Below the pieces are notes generated by a model. It searched no databases. It was not told the DNA's origin and saw only the letters and a program-made list of their open reading frames with translations. The translations under genes were made by a program, and so were the position numbers. From a phage: DNA of 64,000 nucleotides. Positions 1 to 10,024 of the stretch are shown one piece after another; position 1 is the first letter of the stretch; every line of letters begins with the position of its first letter. Location: the NCBI GenBank assembly GCA_036253495.1, contig GCA_036253495.1_4125.1; one strand, given 5' to 3'.

Positions 1-70
1 GCACTGTGAAAGATATGCGAATCCCTTATGAGTTGATGGTTTCAGTACAGAAATTTATTGAGGATTTCAG

Positions 71-538
71 ATGCGATTTGATCAAGTAGTTAATCGTGAG
101 TACTTGGGTCGTATGGTGGGTGCTGCAATTGACATGATGGTAAAAAAGATGTGCCGTTATCATCCATCACAATGGAATGCTTCATATAGCATTGAGATAT
201 ATGCATATAAACTTCATGGGGCTGCAACTTCATTTGAGAAAATTCACTCATTGAGGCTTCACATGTACAGGGGAACCGAACGTACATACACTGTAATTGT
301 GAATTCCGGTGGTGTTACATTACATTTAACACCATTTAATGCTGTTAATTTGGATTTAAGTTCAGTTATTGAGAGCACAGAAATCTGTCACATTGAAGTT
401 GGTTCTAATTATCATCCATTAACCGAAGAACAGTACTTCCAGATTCAAACACTTCATGATATCCATGACTTTACATACGAAGAAATTCGTGATTTAATAA
501 GATTAAGTGCAATGATTCCAAATAAGGGTACAGTGTGA
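71..538 (+). CDS. hypothetical protein; C-terminal L(S/T)EEQYFQ motif family
   Basis: Track ORF 155 aa; shares C-terminal motif with 1088..1552 and 21189..21767. Confidence 0.55.
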   Translation: MRFDQVVNREYLGRMVGAAIDMMVKKMCRYHPSQWNASYSIEIYAYKLHGAATSFEKIHSLRLHMYRGTERTYTVIVNSGGVTLHLTPFNAVNLDLSSVIESTEICHIEVGSNYHPLTEEQYFQIQTLHDIHDFTYEEIRDLIRLSAMIPNKGTV

Positions 539-641
539 ACAACCACATAACTGTCTGATTTAAATGGGTTGACATTTGAACAATGTAAAAGAATTGTTTC
601 TATATGTAATCGAATTACATATGAGTACACGGAGATATAAA

Positions 642-1088
642 ATGGCATTTGGTAACATTGAAGAAGTACAACTAGTATTTGAAAACTGTGAAGTTCAAAA
701 CTTCAAGTTCACTGACATTCTGTACATGTATGTTGGTGATGAATCGCAACGTGCATATCGTTATGCTAATGGTTTGTCAATTGAATCAGTACTGAAGAAG
801 TTTGCTATTGTCTTTAAGAAAGACACGGAGGCTGATTTTTACAACGGAACTTCATTGGTAGATCGCCTGTCAGAGCGTGATGTTACTCATGTTGTGTTCT
901 TCGGTGCAAATGACAAAATGGCATCATATGTCATTGACTGGGGTGAATATGATTCATGTAATATGCAGTACTCAATCAATCAGAGGTTGCAATTTACACC
1001 TGATGGACATATCATCTTCACAAGCAGTACAGAAGATATGATTAAGATTGATGCAGAAGAGATTGATTCTTTTGCGAGGTACATGTAA
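642..1088 (+). CDS. hypothetical protein
   Basis: Track ORF from 576; GGAGA RBS precedes internal ATG at 642. Confidence 0.5.
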   Translation: MAFGNIEEVQLVFENCEVQNFKFTDILYMYVGDESQRAYRYANGLSIESVLKKFAIVFKKDTEADFYNGTSLVDRLSERDVTHVVFFGANDKMASYVIDWGEYDSCNMQYSINQRLQFTPDGHIIFTSSTEDMIKIDAEEIDSFARYM

Positions 1089-1552
1089 TGCGTCCAGTAC
1101 TGAAAGATATTAAATCCAGGAAATATTTTCCTGGGTTTATGGAGTACATCATTGGGTTAGCTGAATCCAAGACTGGACAGAAAGTTGATATCCAACTCGG
1201 TGATGTACTGATTTGTGCAAGATCTTATCGTAATAATTTCATGGACATTTTTGAAAGATCCAATTCGATTCTTGCATCTCTTGATTTAGAGGGCTATTTA
1301 AATGCTAAATTCGTATTGGATATATACAGTCATGGGTTTTCAATAAGACCTTATAATTCACATTACAATGATGATCCCAAAAACTTCTTTGTGCATGTAG
1401 AAAATGTTGACCAATTCACTGACCTTAGTGATGAAAGTTACTTTCAGATGCAGGTGGCATATGACCTACAGGACTTGACACGTCAAGAAATCAATGCTAT
1501 CCTCTATGTATGTTCTAAATTGAAAGAAAATGAGGTAAGCGGTCGTGTCTAA
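1088..1552 (+). CDS. hypothetical protein; paralog of 71..538 (C-terminal motif)
   Basis: 154 aa; ATG overlaps upstream stop; C-terminal SDESYFQMQ motif. Confidence 0.55.
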   Translation: MRPVLKDIKSRKYFPGFMEYIIGLAESKTGQKVDIQLGDVLICARSYRNNFMDIFERSNSILASLDLEGYLNAKFVLDIYSHGFSIRPYNSHYNDDPKNFFVHVENVDQFTDLSDESYFQMQVAYDLQDLTRQEINAILYVCSKLKENEVSGRV

Positions 1553-1973
1553 TACAGCTAAGATTAAAGTTCATTTTCGTGACACATGGAAAGATGTAGA
1601 TACTGGTAACGTACTAAATGTAGAATACAGTACAGAAACAGTTCATGCCGATGATATGGGAACGGCTAAAGCTCAAGCACAGAAACTGAAAGAAACCGAA
1701 GGTGTTGCCATTTTTGAAGGTGTTGAGCATACTCGTGAATGTATCAATGTAGATGTGATTACTGAAAATGTCACAGTACTATCAAAGGAACAGATGTTTG
1801 ATTTCATTTTAAATCACACTGTATCTATTACACCAGACAACACACTTTGGACCAAAACTGATGGCACAAAGGTACGTAATAAGTACAAAGTTATAATTGA
1901 TGGTATTAACTATCAGGGTTATGACCTGGTAGATGCAATAAATGAACATACTAGTAAGAGTAGAGGTTATTGA
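1545..1973 (+). CDS. hypothetical protein
   Basis: 142 aa ORF, GTG start after GAGG. Confidence 0.5.
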   Translation: MSNTAKIKVHFRDTWKDVDTGNVLNVEYSTETVHADDMGTAKAQAQKLKETEGVAIFEGVEHTRECINVDVITENVTVLSKEQMFDFILNHTVSITPDNTLWTKTDGTKVRNKYKVIIDGINYQGYDLVDAINEHTSKSRGY

Positions 1974-2299
1974 AAATGTATGCTATAATTATCACTGTAA
2001 TATGTTGTGCTACTATAATCATCTGCCGTTGTATTGAAAAGAATGCACACATTCGTGGTATGGAAATTGAAAAAGAACTATATACTGAAAACATAGCAGA
2101 AAAGAAACCACAATCTCCATATAAACTTCAGAGAGATATGCATAATGAGTCAAAAACATGGGGTTATTGCATTACTCAAAATGGCAGTCGTCTAACATCA
2201 AGTTCTGGACATTATCAAATCATCCATAACATTGATGAAGCAAAAGAACTTGTTTGGGAACTAGAGGATCTTGGTGGCTATGAAAGAACGAAATTTTGA
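1970..2299 (+). CDS. hypothetical protein with N-terminal hydrophobic segment
   Basis: 109 aa ORF, start overlaps upstream stop. Confidence 0.5.
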   Translation: MKMYAIIITVICCATIIICRCIEKNAHIRGMEIEKELYTENIAEKKPQSPYKLQRDMHNESKTWGYCITQNGSRLTSSSGHYQIIHNIDEAKELVWELEDLGGYERTKF

Positions 2300-2483
2300 A
2301 ATTTACAAAACAATTCAGGAATTAAACGTAAAGCATGATATAATGCTAGATGTAGACAATAAGATTGCTTACATGAAAAAAGAAACTGTTTCAATGCTTC
2401 AGAGATTTTCACAAAAAGCATTTTTAATGAAGTTCTGTGCAGATGAGCATCTCACGGGACGAAAACTCTATAACGAGGCATAA
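2271..2483 (+). CDS. hypothetical protein
   Basis: 70 aa ORF. Confidence 0.4.
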   Translation: MVAMKERNFEIYKTIQELNVKHDIMLDVDNKIAYMKKETVSMLQRFSQKAFLMKFCADEHLTGRKLYNEA

Positions 2484-2484
2484 T

Positions 2485-2826
2485 ATGGATTTAAGCTCAA
2501 CAATTAATTTTTTGAGTGATAATTACGAAAAGGTCATATCAAGGGGTGGTATTATTATCCACCCTGTAACAAATGAAATGTTCATGGTTCGCTTTGATGC
2601 AAATTCATATGACCAAGTACTTGTAATATCACAATTTATCGATTATAATGAAGTTGTTCAATTTTGCTGTACTGAATTCGGAATCTATCTTAAAGATGCG
2701 GAAACTAATGAGATTGGTCATTACTTATATCAAACTCTGATGGTTACTCTAGATTTTGGACTTACTTTCGAAAATCTGGTACAATGTCACTATATGTTTA
2801 AAAACTTTCCCGCGTCTGGGAATTAA
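2485..2826 (+). CDS. hypothetical protein
   Basis: Internal ATG at 2485 after GAGG; track ORF from 2437. Confidence 0.5.
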   Translation: MDLSSTINFLSDNYEKVISRGGIIIHPVTNEMFMVRFDANSYDQVLVISQFIDYNEVVQFCCTEFGIYLKDAETNEIGHYLYQTLMVTLDFGLTFENLVQCHYMFKNFPASGN

Positions 2827-2836
2827 TGGAGTTCAA

Positions 2837-3679
2837 ATGTCAAACATTATCGTATTCAAAACTGTATCATTCAATAAAGATCTTTATTCTCATTCTTATG
2901 TGTCTTCCAATAATCTCATCATTGAGTTGACAAATGGGGCAACGTTGGCGGTAGAATTCGATTCTAGTCTTGAATCTAACGCTGCACTAAAAGAACTAGC
3001 AATGGTATTAAATGGTGAACCAGTAAACAAATCCAAACCAACTGATGGGTTGGATATGTTGGTCAATAAGATCCTAAATGGCAAATCTTCTGAAATTGTT
3101 GAACTTCTTAAAAATTGTACTGATAAAATCACTGAAACTGTTAGTACTGCAAAATCTAAGGCTGAAGATAAGCTTTATGAAGAAGCATTTAAAGTCGTGG
3201 GGGCCGCAGCAGAATATAAGTTAAATGGTATGATTAATAATCTTGACCAAGTGCTGTCTCATATGTTCACAAAAGAATATGAAACTGAAGAACCTGAATC
3301 CCAAGAACAACCTTCCAAAAAAGAAGATGTAAAATCTAAAGTGAAATCCGCATTTACTGGTGCTAAAAAGAAATTTGGTCTATCTGAAGATATCTTTGGA
3401 TATTCTGATACCACAGCACAAACCGACGATGATTCACAGTCAGATGATATTCTGATTGGTGATATGCTTGATCGTCAGTTGCGTGCTGAAATTTCAGCAT
3501 TCGTTGACAGTGTTGTTAGTTCTGAACGTGCACAAGATATGTTCGAAAGTATCAGTAAGAATTTTGGTGAAGAAGAATCGAAAGCTGCTATTGATGGATT
3601 TAAAAATCTAATTTATTCCGTTGCAGTGCAGCACCAAGATAAAACATTAGAATATGTGATTCGCAATTACTTTATGTAA
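2837..3679 (+). CDS. hypothetical acidic protein
   Basis: ATG at 2837 after GGAG; followed by bidirectional terminator. Confidence 0.55.
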   Translation: MSNIIVFKTVSFNKDLYSHSYVSSNNLIIELTNGATLAVEFDSSLESNAALKELAMVLNGEPVNKSKPTDGLDMLVNKILNGKSSEIVELLKNCTDKITETVSTAKSKAEDKLYEEAFKVVGAAAEYKLNGMINNLDQVLSHMFTKEYETEEPESQEQPSKKEDVKSKVKSAFTGAKKKFGLSEDIFGYSDTTAQTDDDSQSDDILIGDMLDRQLRAEISAFVDSVVSSERAQDMFESISKNFGEEESKAAIDGFKNLIYSVAVQHQDKTLEYVIRNYFM

Positions 3680-3685
3680 TGAGAA

Positions 3686-3717
3686 CGAAAAAGCCTCCAT
3701 ATGGAGGCTTTTTTTAT
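3686..3717. terminator. bidirectional Rho-independent terminator
   Basis: Hairpin AAGCCTCCATATGGAGGCTT flanked by A-run and T-run between convergent genes. Confidence 0.7.
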
Positions 3718-4871
3718 TGTTTGTCATAACCAATCACTACAATCTTAGCATCAAATGCTTCGGCAGAAGTAATTGTAACATTCTCATCATCATCAAGCTG
3801 AATTTCACATTGAACTGCATCATTGTTATTATCATATACTTGAACAAAAACAAATTCTTTTAAGTGTCCAGTACTGGATATATTAATTTCATACATTTCA
3901 CCATTGCGTGTCCATTCAGAAGAAGAGACATTTTGTACATATGGAGATGTTTGCAATGTACTACCCAATATACTTAGTTTTATAGGTGTATTATCATATA
4001 TTGTTACTGTAATATCACCAGTGGAGCTAACATTAATGCCAGCAGATACCAAATTATTATGATTATCATATACCTGAATAGCTAAGTTATTACCACGCCC
4101 ATGTACATCACCAGGGATTCTTGCACTATACACATCACCAGGCCCAGTACTGAATGTAGTTACTGATACAGTAGTGGTAAAGCCGTCATCATCACCAACA
4201 TCTAATATATTAAAATTAACGCTTTTTGTATTATAAAAATCAGACGTAAGAGTTATAGTTGCAGTTCCGGTTGACATAATTTCCGGTACTGTTATAATGA
4301 ATTCATCATTGACTATTGTACTCGTTGAATACTCGGACCCATCTGAAAATTTTACAGTAATTGTCATTCCTGTTGTGTTGATGGTTTGTCCAGCATTGAA
4401 CAGTTTACCCGATATTTCAGTATCCCCAACATGAACTGGATTAACTAAAATATTATCTATATCACGATCAATAATTGAACAAGTTGGTGTGTACATATCA
4501 AAAGTAACATCGGAGTTTCCAAATATCGTTTTGTGTAATTGGAATTTAGTTACAAACCCTGTTGGATCTGTAGGTTTCAATTGATTAGTGTATCCACGAA
4601 CAAAGAAAGTATTCTTTGCAATAACATCCAATAATTCATCATCGGATTTTTTATAGTTAAGTAAATTTCCTACCTTATCATAAGAAGTAATTTGTACGCG
4701 TCTATATATTTTGTTTGTTACAGGATCTATAATATCAAATAGTTTATAACTACGCTGTCTGTAAATTCTTATATTTTTTAATTTGGTTCCATCGATTAGT
4801 AAAGCACCATCCACGATATAACCACATTCACCGAACTTGTATTCTCCGGCATCAGCTATGGTTCTAGACAT
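3714..4871 (-). CDS. hypothetical S/T-rich protein (possible structural/adhesin-like)
   Basis: 385 aa minus-strand ORF, convergent with upstream plus genes. Confidence 0.6.
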   Translation of the reverse strand: MSRTIADAGEYKFGECGYIVDGALLIDGTKLKNIRIYRQRSYKLFDIIDPVTNKIYRRVQITSYDKVGNLLNYKKSDDELLDVIAKNTFFVRGYTNQLKPTDPTGFVTKFQLHKTIFGNSDVTFDMYTPTCSIIDRDIDNILVNPVHVGDTEISGKLFNAGQTINTTGMTITVKFSDGSEYSTSTIVNDEFIITVPEIMSTGTATITLTSDFYNTKSVNFNILDVGDDDGFTTTVSVTTFSTGPGDVYSARIPGDVHGRGNNLAIQVYDNHNNLVSAGINVSSTGDITVTIYDNTPIKLSILGSTLQTSPYVQNVSSSEWTRNGEMYEINISSTGHLKEFVFVQVYDNNNDAVQCEIQLDDDENVTITSAEAFDAKIVVIGYDKQ

Positions 4872-4992
4872 AAAACAAACCCCTCATTGTTGAAATGCTT
4901 ATAAAATATTTATGATAAGGAGGGTGAAAATCGGCCTTGACAGACCTGTATTTTTGAGTATAATGTACATTAATAGTGAAAAGGAGTATTTT

Positions 4993-5577
4993 ATGAATGT
5001 ATTAGAAAATCGTTTAATTGTTAAAAATGGCAAGATGACTGTGAAACTATACTCTGATGAAGCAGATTCTTTCATGGCGAAGGCAATCGAAAAGTCTGAG
5101 CGATATCAAGTTCTTGCACCTGAAAACAAATCACCTTATGGGTTTAATCACGCTCATAGTCATTTTGTTGGAATGGTTTGTGAACACGCATCGTTTGTAT
5201 TGTTCTCTGAAATTGAAGCCAGTACTGGTATTAAGTTAAACATTGATCCAGCATTCCAATGTGATGGACGTGATGGTGAATGTGACATTAAAGTAAATGG
5301 GTTGCGTATAGAAGTAAAAGGTATTAAGTATAAATCATGGAAAGACTTTGGTCCATGTGTCAGTACTCGACAATTGAAAAACATTCAGAAAAAAGCTGAT
5401 GTTATTCTGTGGGTCTTGTATAATGAGAAAAAACAAGAATTTACGTTTGAGGGATTCAATTACGTAAAAGACATTAGTTCGATTCCAGTAGTATTAACAG
5501 GTGTACCAGGTCGTCCATTAATTGAGAATCACCCAGTTATTAGTATTCTTAAGCCACTACAGGAGCTACCACTATGA
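4993..5577 (+). CDS. hypothetical protein; weak PD-(D/E)xK-like motif
   Basis: AAGGAG RBS before ATG 4993; motif D..GECDIKV..IEVKG. Confidence 0.5.
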   Translation: MNVLENRLIVKNGKMTVKLYSDEADSFMAKAIEKSERYQVLAPENKSPYGFNHAHSHFVGMVCEHASFVLFSEIEASTGIKLNIDPAFQCDGRDGECDIKVNGLRIEVKGIKYKSWKDFGPCVSTRQLKNIQKKADVILWVLYNEKKQEFTFEGFNYVKDISSIPVVLTGVPGRPLIENHPVISILKPLQELPL

Positions 5578-5813
5578 TTAAATGTAATATTGAAGTAAAT
5601 GAATACACTACTAATCAATATAACGGTGAGAAAGAGTTTTCATTTAGTACAGTACAACATGTATTGAATTTCCCAGTACTTCCATCTATTGGTTCAGTAC
5701 TGACAATCACAAATACGTATGATACCCAGTACGAGATCCTTGATATTGAGTACAGAGCAAATCTTAGTTCCAGTGCAGATGTTGAAATCTATATCATCGT
5801 AGAAGAGGTATAA
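5574..5813 (+). CDS. hypothetical protein
   Basis: 79 aa, ATGA overlap. Confidence 0.5.
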   Translation: MIKCNIEVNEYTTNQYNGEKEFSFSTVQHVLNFPVLPSIGSVLTITNTYDTQYEILDIEYRANLSSSADVEIYIIVEEV

Positions 5814-6139
5814 TGATGTTCAAGAACTTCATTGCTATAGTAGCAGTACTATTCTTAACTACGTGCTTCATCAATCCAGTTTATGCTGATAAAGTGCGAT
5901 GGAAGGATGTTAAATCACCATCCTATTGTGCTGGTTATGCTAAGGTAAAGGATGAACAACACAATAAGCAGTACTATAAGGATATGTTTTCATTTTACAA
6001 TTCAATGATTTCAGAAACTGACTTGATGGCAAAGAGAGTTGATCGTGAAGATTTCCTTCAAGGCTATGACATGAATGATGATGAAAAAACATTAGAATGC
6101 GTAGAAGTTTTTAATTACATACGAGGGTTTGATGAATGA
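5813..6139 (+). CDS. putative secreted protein
   Basis: 108 aa with N-terminal signal-like hydrophobic segment. Confidence 0.55.
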   Translation: MMFKNFIAIVAVLFLTTCFINPVYADKVRWKDVKSPSYCAGYAKVKDEQHNKQYYKDMFSFYNSMISETDLMAKRVDREDFLQGYDMNDDEKTLECVEVFNYIRGFDE

Positions 6140-6600
6140 CAGCACTGATATGTATTAGTCTATTTGTTATTGTATATCAATTGATTTTTTCTATCATTGA
6201 TGATGTTGAACATATTGCATATAGTAAATCTATATCTAAGTTTGAGGGCAATCTTGCTTTTTTTAAATCATTATTTTGGACATATTTGTTACCCAAAGAA
6301 TTTTTAGTTGTGTCTTCATATTATTCATCATATAATCTAAACTATAGTATTAGTGATTTAGCAAACATTGAACTGGTTTGTCGAAATGCTATCAACAATG
6401 TTAATGGATACAAAGTTGTGATGAAAAATCCAGGGGTGATCCATTTTATAGAACCAGGTAACAGCAGTTCTGAACTAAAACTTAGTGATATGTATCTTTC
6501 ATATAACTCAATGGAAAGATTCGTTTTACCACCGTACTATATTCGTTTGATCCTAAAAGCACTACAAAATAAAACTACAGATGTTCTTGACAGGCTATAG
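6136..6600 (+). CDS. hypothetical protein
   Basis: 154 aa, ATGA overlap. Confidence 0.5.
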   Translation: MTALICISLFVIVYQLIFSIIDDVEHIAYSKSISKFEGNLAFFKSLFWTYLLPKEFLVVSSYYSSYNLNYSISDLANIELVCRNAINNVNGYKVVMKNPGVIHFIEPGNSSSELKLSDMYLSYNSMERFVLPPYYIRLILKALQNKTTDVLDRL

Positions 6601-6664
6601 GTGAAGTGATAAGATAGTACCAATGAAACACAACACTAATTTATAATCTAATGAGGAACCAATC

Positions 6665-7123
6665 ATGACAGTATTAGCTACCCAATTTAAACGAAATACA
6701 GAGCAACGTGAAGGTTACTTGAGTATCAGTGAAGTGGTTGAAGGAAACTTCAAACAATACATTTTCAATGCTTCTATTAAATTAAAAGCGACAAAATCTG
6801 ATAAAGATCGTGGCTTTACTAAGTGGGTGGCTTACTGGGAAGATTCACCTGTTGCAATTGAAATGACAGTAATGACAACAGTACTGGAAACTGGATACAT
6901 TAAAGCGACCATTGTAGATAAACAAGTACGAACCATTGATGAGATTGGTCCTTACCCAGCACGAAATTCTAAAGTATTTGGTAACTTGATTGATGGTAAG
7001 TTTATGTTGGATAAAGATGCACAAGTTTATGTGATGGATAAGGTAGAAAAAGCGGCAGCTAAAAAAGAAGTTGTAAATCAAAGTCAAATTGACTTAATCA
7101 AACAAGCATGGGGTTTAAAATGA
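6665..7123 (+). CDS. hypothetical protein
   Basis: 152 aa, GAGGAA RBS. Confidence 0.6.
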   Translation: MTVLATQFKRNTEQREGYLSISEVVEGNFKQYIFNASIKLKATKSDKDRGFTKWVAYWEDSPVAIEMTVMTTVLETGYIKATIVDKQVRTIDEIGPYPARNSKVFGNLIDGKFMLDKDAQVYVMDKVEKAAAKKEVVNQSQIDLIKQAWGLK

Positions 7124-7563
7124 TTTCTATCAAATCCGTAAAATACATTTATCTTCTTGGTATTTTGTCTTGGTTTGCATTACCAGTACTGGACTTCTTT
7201 CAAGTCACAGATGGTAACAAGTACCAAACAGTAGTTTCAGTGTTTTCACTTTTATTTTTTCTTGGTGTCTTTTTTTCTAGTGCTTTTATGATCTTTAGTG
7301 ATGAAGACGATGCAAGACGTTTCTATGCAGTAGTTTTTGAATTTAAACACTATGGGTGGTATCTAACACTCCCGTTCATTCCATGTATCATTTATGCTTT
7401 CAACTATGAATACTATTCATATATGGGCATGGCAATGATTTTGTTTATTATCCTTGAACGTATGCGAACGGTTCAAAACAAGTTTGCACAGGAGTACGAA
7501 GACATGCAAACTGCGGAAGAGATACGTAGGAAGTCAATTCCAACAACAAAGGTAGATTTATAA
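7120..7563 (+). CDS. small membrane protein
   Basis: ATGA overlap at 7120; multiple hydrophobic helices. Confidence 0.55.
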   Translation: MISIKSVKYIYLLGILSWFALPVLDFFQVTDGNKYQTVVSVFSLLFFLGVFFSSAFMIFSDEDDARRFYAVVFEFKHYGWYLTLPFIPCIIYAFNYEYYSYMGMAMILFIILERMRTVQNKFAQEYEDMQTAEEIRRKSIPTTKVDL

Positions 7564-7988
7564 TGAGAACATACTATAAACTATTACTCGCTCCCTTTTC
7601 ATTTGGTATTTTATGTCTAATCGACGTATTATGCACAAAGTATTCGATTAGTACAGTACTTAATCCAGCGTGGTTTACTATTGCTATTGTTGGATACTGT
7701 CTGTGTGCGGGTATGGCTGCTCTTATTACGTTACTAACAATTGCAATGGATAATGACGAGAAAGATAAAAACAGCTTTGCGAATGACTTTGGGTGGAAAA
7801 CGATCAGTTCAGTAACTATTGTACCATTTGCATTACTGACAGTTTATTTCATTCAAATGGGTGAGATCATTCCTGGTGTTGCATCATCAATACTTTTGTT
7901 AATGACAATAGTTGTTCGTTCACGACAAAATTCAATAATCCAAGAGTTTCTTGAACGAGAGGCAAGGGAAGGAACAAAAACATCTTGA
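7563..7988 (+). CDS. small membrane protein
   Basis: 141 aa hydrophobic ORF. Confidence 0.55.
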   Translation: MRTYYKLLLAPFSFGILCLIDVLCTKYSISTVLNPAWFTIAIVGYCLCAGMAALITLLTIAMDNDEKDKNSFANDFGWKTISSVTIVPFALLTVYFIQMGEIIPGVASSILLLMTIVVRSRQNSIIQEFLEREAREGTKTS

Positions 7989-8013
7989 CATAAAATGTGT
8001 TAAGGGATATAAT
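7985..8013 (+). promoter_or_regulatory. sigma70-like promoter
   Basis: TTGACA, 17 bp spacer, TATAAT; upstream of 8043 gene with AAGGAGG RBS. Confidence 0.6.
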
Positions 8014-8042
8014 TATTTTATCAAAACAAAGGAGGGACACAT

Positions 8043-8294
8043 ATGAATCTCGATGTGGTGAAATCATTAACTGAAGCTTTACAGAAAAATGAAGTTCAAT
8101 GTCAAGAACTACGTGACACTATTAAGGTTGAATACGCTCGACTTCAAGGTATGTTACAAGAATCAGAATGGGTAGTTACTAAAAGCATCGAAGGTATCTA
8201 CAAAGATATCGAATCAATGTTCAATAAGAAAAGTAAGATTGAATCAGATTCTTTTAACAAACGTAAAGAACTAAATGCAGTTTTAGGTATCTAA
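8043..8294 (+). CDS. hypothetical protein
   Basis: 83 aa, strong RBS. Confidence 0.55.
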   Translation: MNLDVVKSLTEALQKNEVQCQELRDTIKVEYARLQGMLQESEWVVTKSIEGIYKDIESMFNKKSKIESDSFNKRKELNAVLGI

Positions 8295-8298
8295 GTAC

Positions 8299-8327
8299 TT
8301 GACAGTACTGAAATATAGGAGTACAAT
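8299..8327 (+). promoter_or_regulatory. sigma70-like promoter
   Basis: TTGACA, 17 bp spacer, TACAAT; GGAGTACAATGTACTCC palindrome overlaps -10. Confidence 0.5.
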
Positions 8328-8367
8328 GTACTCCTACTTTAATTGAAAACCAAAAAGGAAAAACACA

Positions 8368-8643
8368 ATGAACTCTATTCTAGTAGCAGTAAACCTAGTT
8401 GCTTCTCCGTCTTTTGATTTTAAAAAAGTTATTTCTAATAATCTTAAAAACATTTGCCCTGATACTGAACTTACTTTTTGTGTATTCGATTCTGAAAAAG
8501 TTACTAAAGTAGATCTTAATTATCTCATGAACGATGTTAAGAGTGTTCAAGGTAAAACTAATTTAGATGTAGTACGTTCTGTTGCTGACGACTACGATGA
8601 TGCTCTGATCATTTCTGAATCTTTTGAAGAGGGTGTACTGTGA
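8368..8643 (+). CDS. hypothetical protein
   Basis: 91 aa ORF. Confidence 0.55.
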   Translation: MNSILVAVNLVASPSFDFKKVISNNLKNICPDTELTFCVFDSEKVTKVDLNYLMNDVKSVQGKTNLDVVRSVADDYDDALIISESFEEGVL

Positions 8644-9107
8644 ATAAATTAGTTCAATGGGTAGAAAAAACTAAGGTCTATCCACCGTCTGAATTGTTTT
8701 TCCAAGCAGACTCTAAGCAAGCCAAGGCAGAAAAACGCGTTGTAGCCATTTGTGAAGACCTTTATAAACTTGAAGTACATACTCTTAGTGATATGCATAC
8801 TGCGTTCACAGTGCTTGCCAACGCAGCTAAACGCGATATTCATAACATGAAGATGAAGTACATTGAAGAACTATGCGGTGTGCTTGCATTCCATGTTGAT
8901 TATTCGGTTAATGCATTAGATGCTATGCATAAGAAAGATCCTATCCTCCAAGCTTATTACAAAGGATGGTCCGTAAAAGCTAAAGAGCTAAAGGATGAAA
9001 TCAAAGCATTACTTATTGAATCATTCCCTGATATTGATAAGGCAATGTTACTTTCGGAGATGCAGTACTATTATGATTCTGAAAAAGATAAGGTACTTTC
9101 TAAGTAA
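8640..9107 (+). CDS. hypothetical protein
   Basis: 155 aa, GTG start overlapping upstream stop. Confidence 0.55.
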   Translation: MNKLVQWVEKTKVYPPSELFFQADSKQAKAEKRVVAICEDLYKLEVHTLSDMHTAFTVLANAAKRDIHNMKMKYIEELCGVLAFHVDYSVNALDAMHKKDPILQAYYKGWSVKAKELKDEIKALLIESFPDIDKAMLLSEMQYYYDSEKDKVLSK

Positions 9108-9504
9108 ACTAATTCTAAGTAAGCCCAAAGTACAAATACAAGCTCAAGAGGCTTTTGATATATACGAGGCATTGAATAATTGTAATTATGATTTACTCAA
9201 TAAGCATTGTAGATCCAAAGTAGCTGTTGATTTGATTTGTGAACAAATGACAGTTAGTAACTTTTCAAAAAATTACAACATTCACTATTTTGGATTTGAT
9301 GGTTCACCTACAAAATTTGATTATAATTATGCTTATGCAGAATTGGTTAAGAGTAAGGAAAACATCAAAATAACTGAATTCATTGCCTTGTATTTTTTCA
9401 CAAAACTTGGTATAGTAACTGGATGTAAAGATCCCTTCCCATTTGATAAGGTATTGAAAGGAAGAGAACTTGATATATATTCCGCATTCTTAGATAAGGT
9501 GTAG
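9073..9504 (+). CDS. hypothetical protein (start uncertain)
   Basis: Long frame from 8995 overlaps upstream gene; first ATG after a weak RBS at 9073. Confidence 0.3.
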   Translation: MILKKIRYFLSKLILSKPKVQIQAQEAFDIYEALNNCNYDLLNKHCRSKVAVDLICEQMTVSNFSKNYNIHYFGFDGSPTKFDYNYAYAELVKSKENIKITEFIALYFFTKLGIVTGCKDPFPFDKVLKGRELDIYSAFLDKV

Positions 9505-9505
9505 A

Positions 9506-10003
9506 ATGACTACAGTATATGTTGACAAGCGTGTTGGATTATTGCTCACTGATTCACGAGTAACAACCACTACTGAGAGGTACTTTCTCGGATTATTCCC
9601 GTTAAAACCAAAAAAACAATATGGTGTAGTTACTCAAAAATCATTATACATTCATGATCGTCTGTTTAGTGCCGCAGGTTCAGTGAATGAAATCAATAAA
9701 GTATTGATGTATTTGATATATGGTGATATAGTACTGCCCAGTAGAAAAGAGAACTGCCATTGTGTCTTGTTGTCCAAAGATTATTGTATTCACTTAGGAA
9801 CAAAGAACGGGAAGTTTTTTAAGTACCTTGAGTTCATGCATGAGGAATATGTATTCTTCATGGGAAGTGGTGGAGAGTACATGGTTGATGCTGCTGTGCA
9901 TGAGAACCAAGACACACTACTTCAAAAAATATTCAGTACTTTCAAAGAGGTAAAAAACCACGATGAATATACTGACGACAATATTAATGTATACCAATTT
10001 TGA
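9506..10003 (+). CDS. hypothetical protein
   Basis: 165 aa ORF. Confidence 0.55.
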   Translation: MTTVYVDKRVGLLLTDSRVTTTTERYFLGLFPLKPKKQYGVVTQKSLYIHDRLFSAAGSVNEINKVLMYLIYGDIVLPSRKENCHCVLLSKDYCIHLGTKNGKFFKYLEFMHEEYVFFMGSGGEYMVDAAVHENQDTLLQKIFSTFKEVKNHDEYTDDNINVYQF

Positions 10004-10024
10004 TTTTTTCATTAGGAGAAGTAA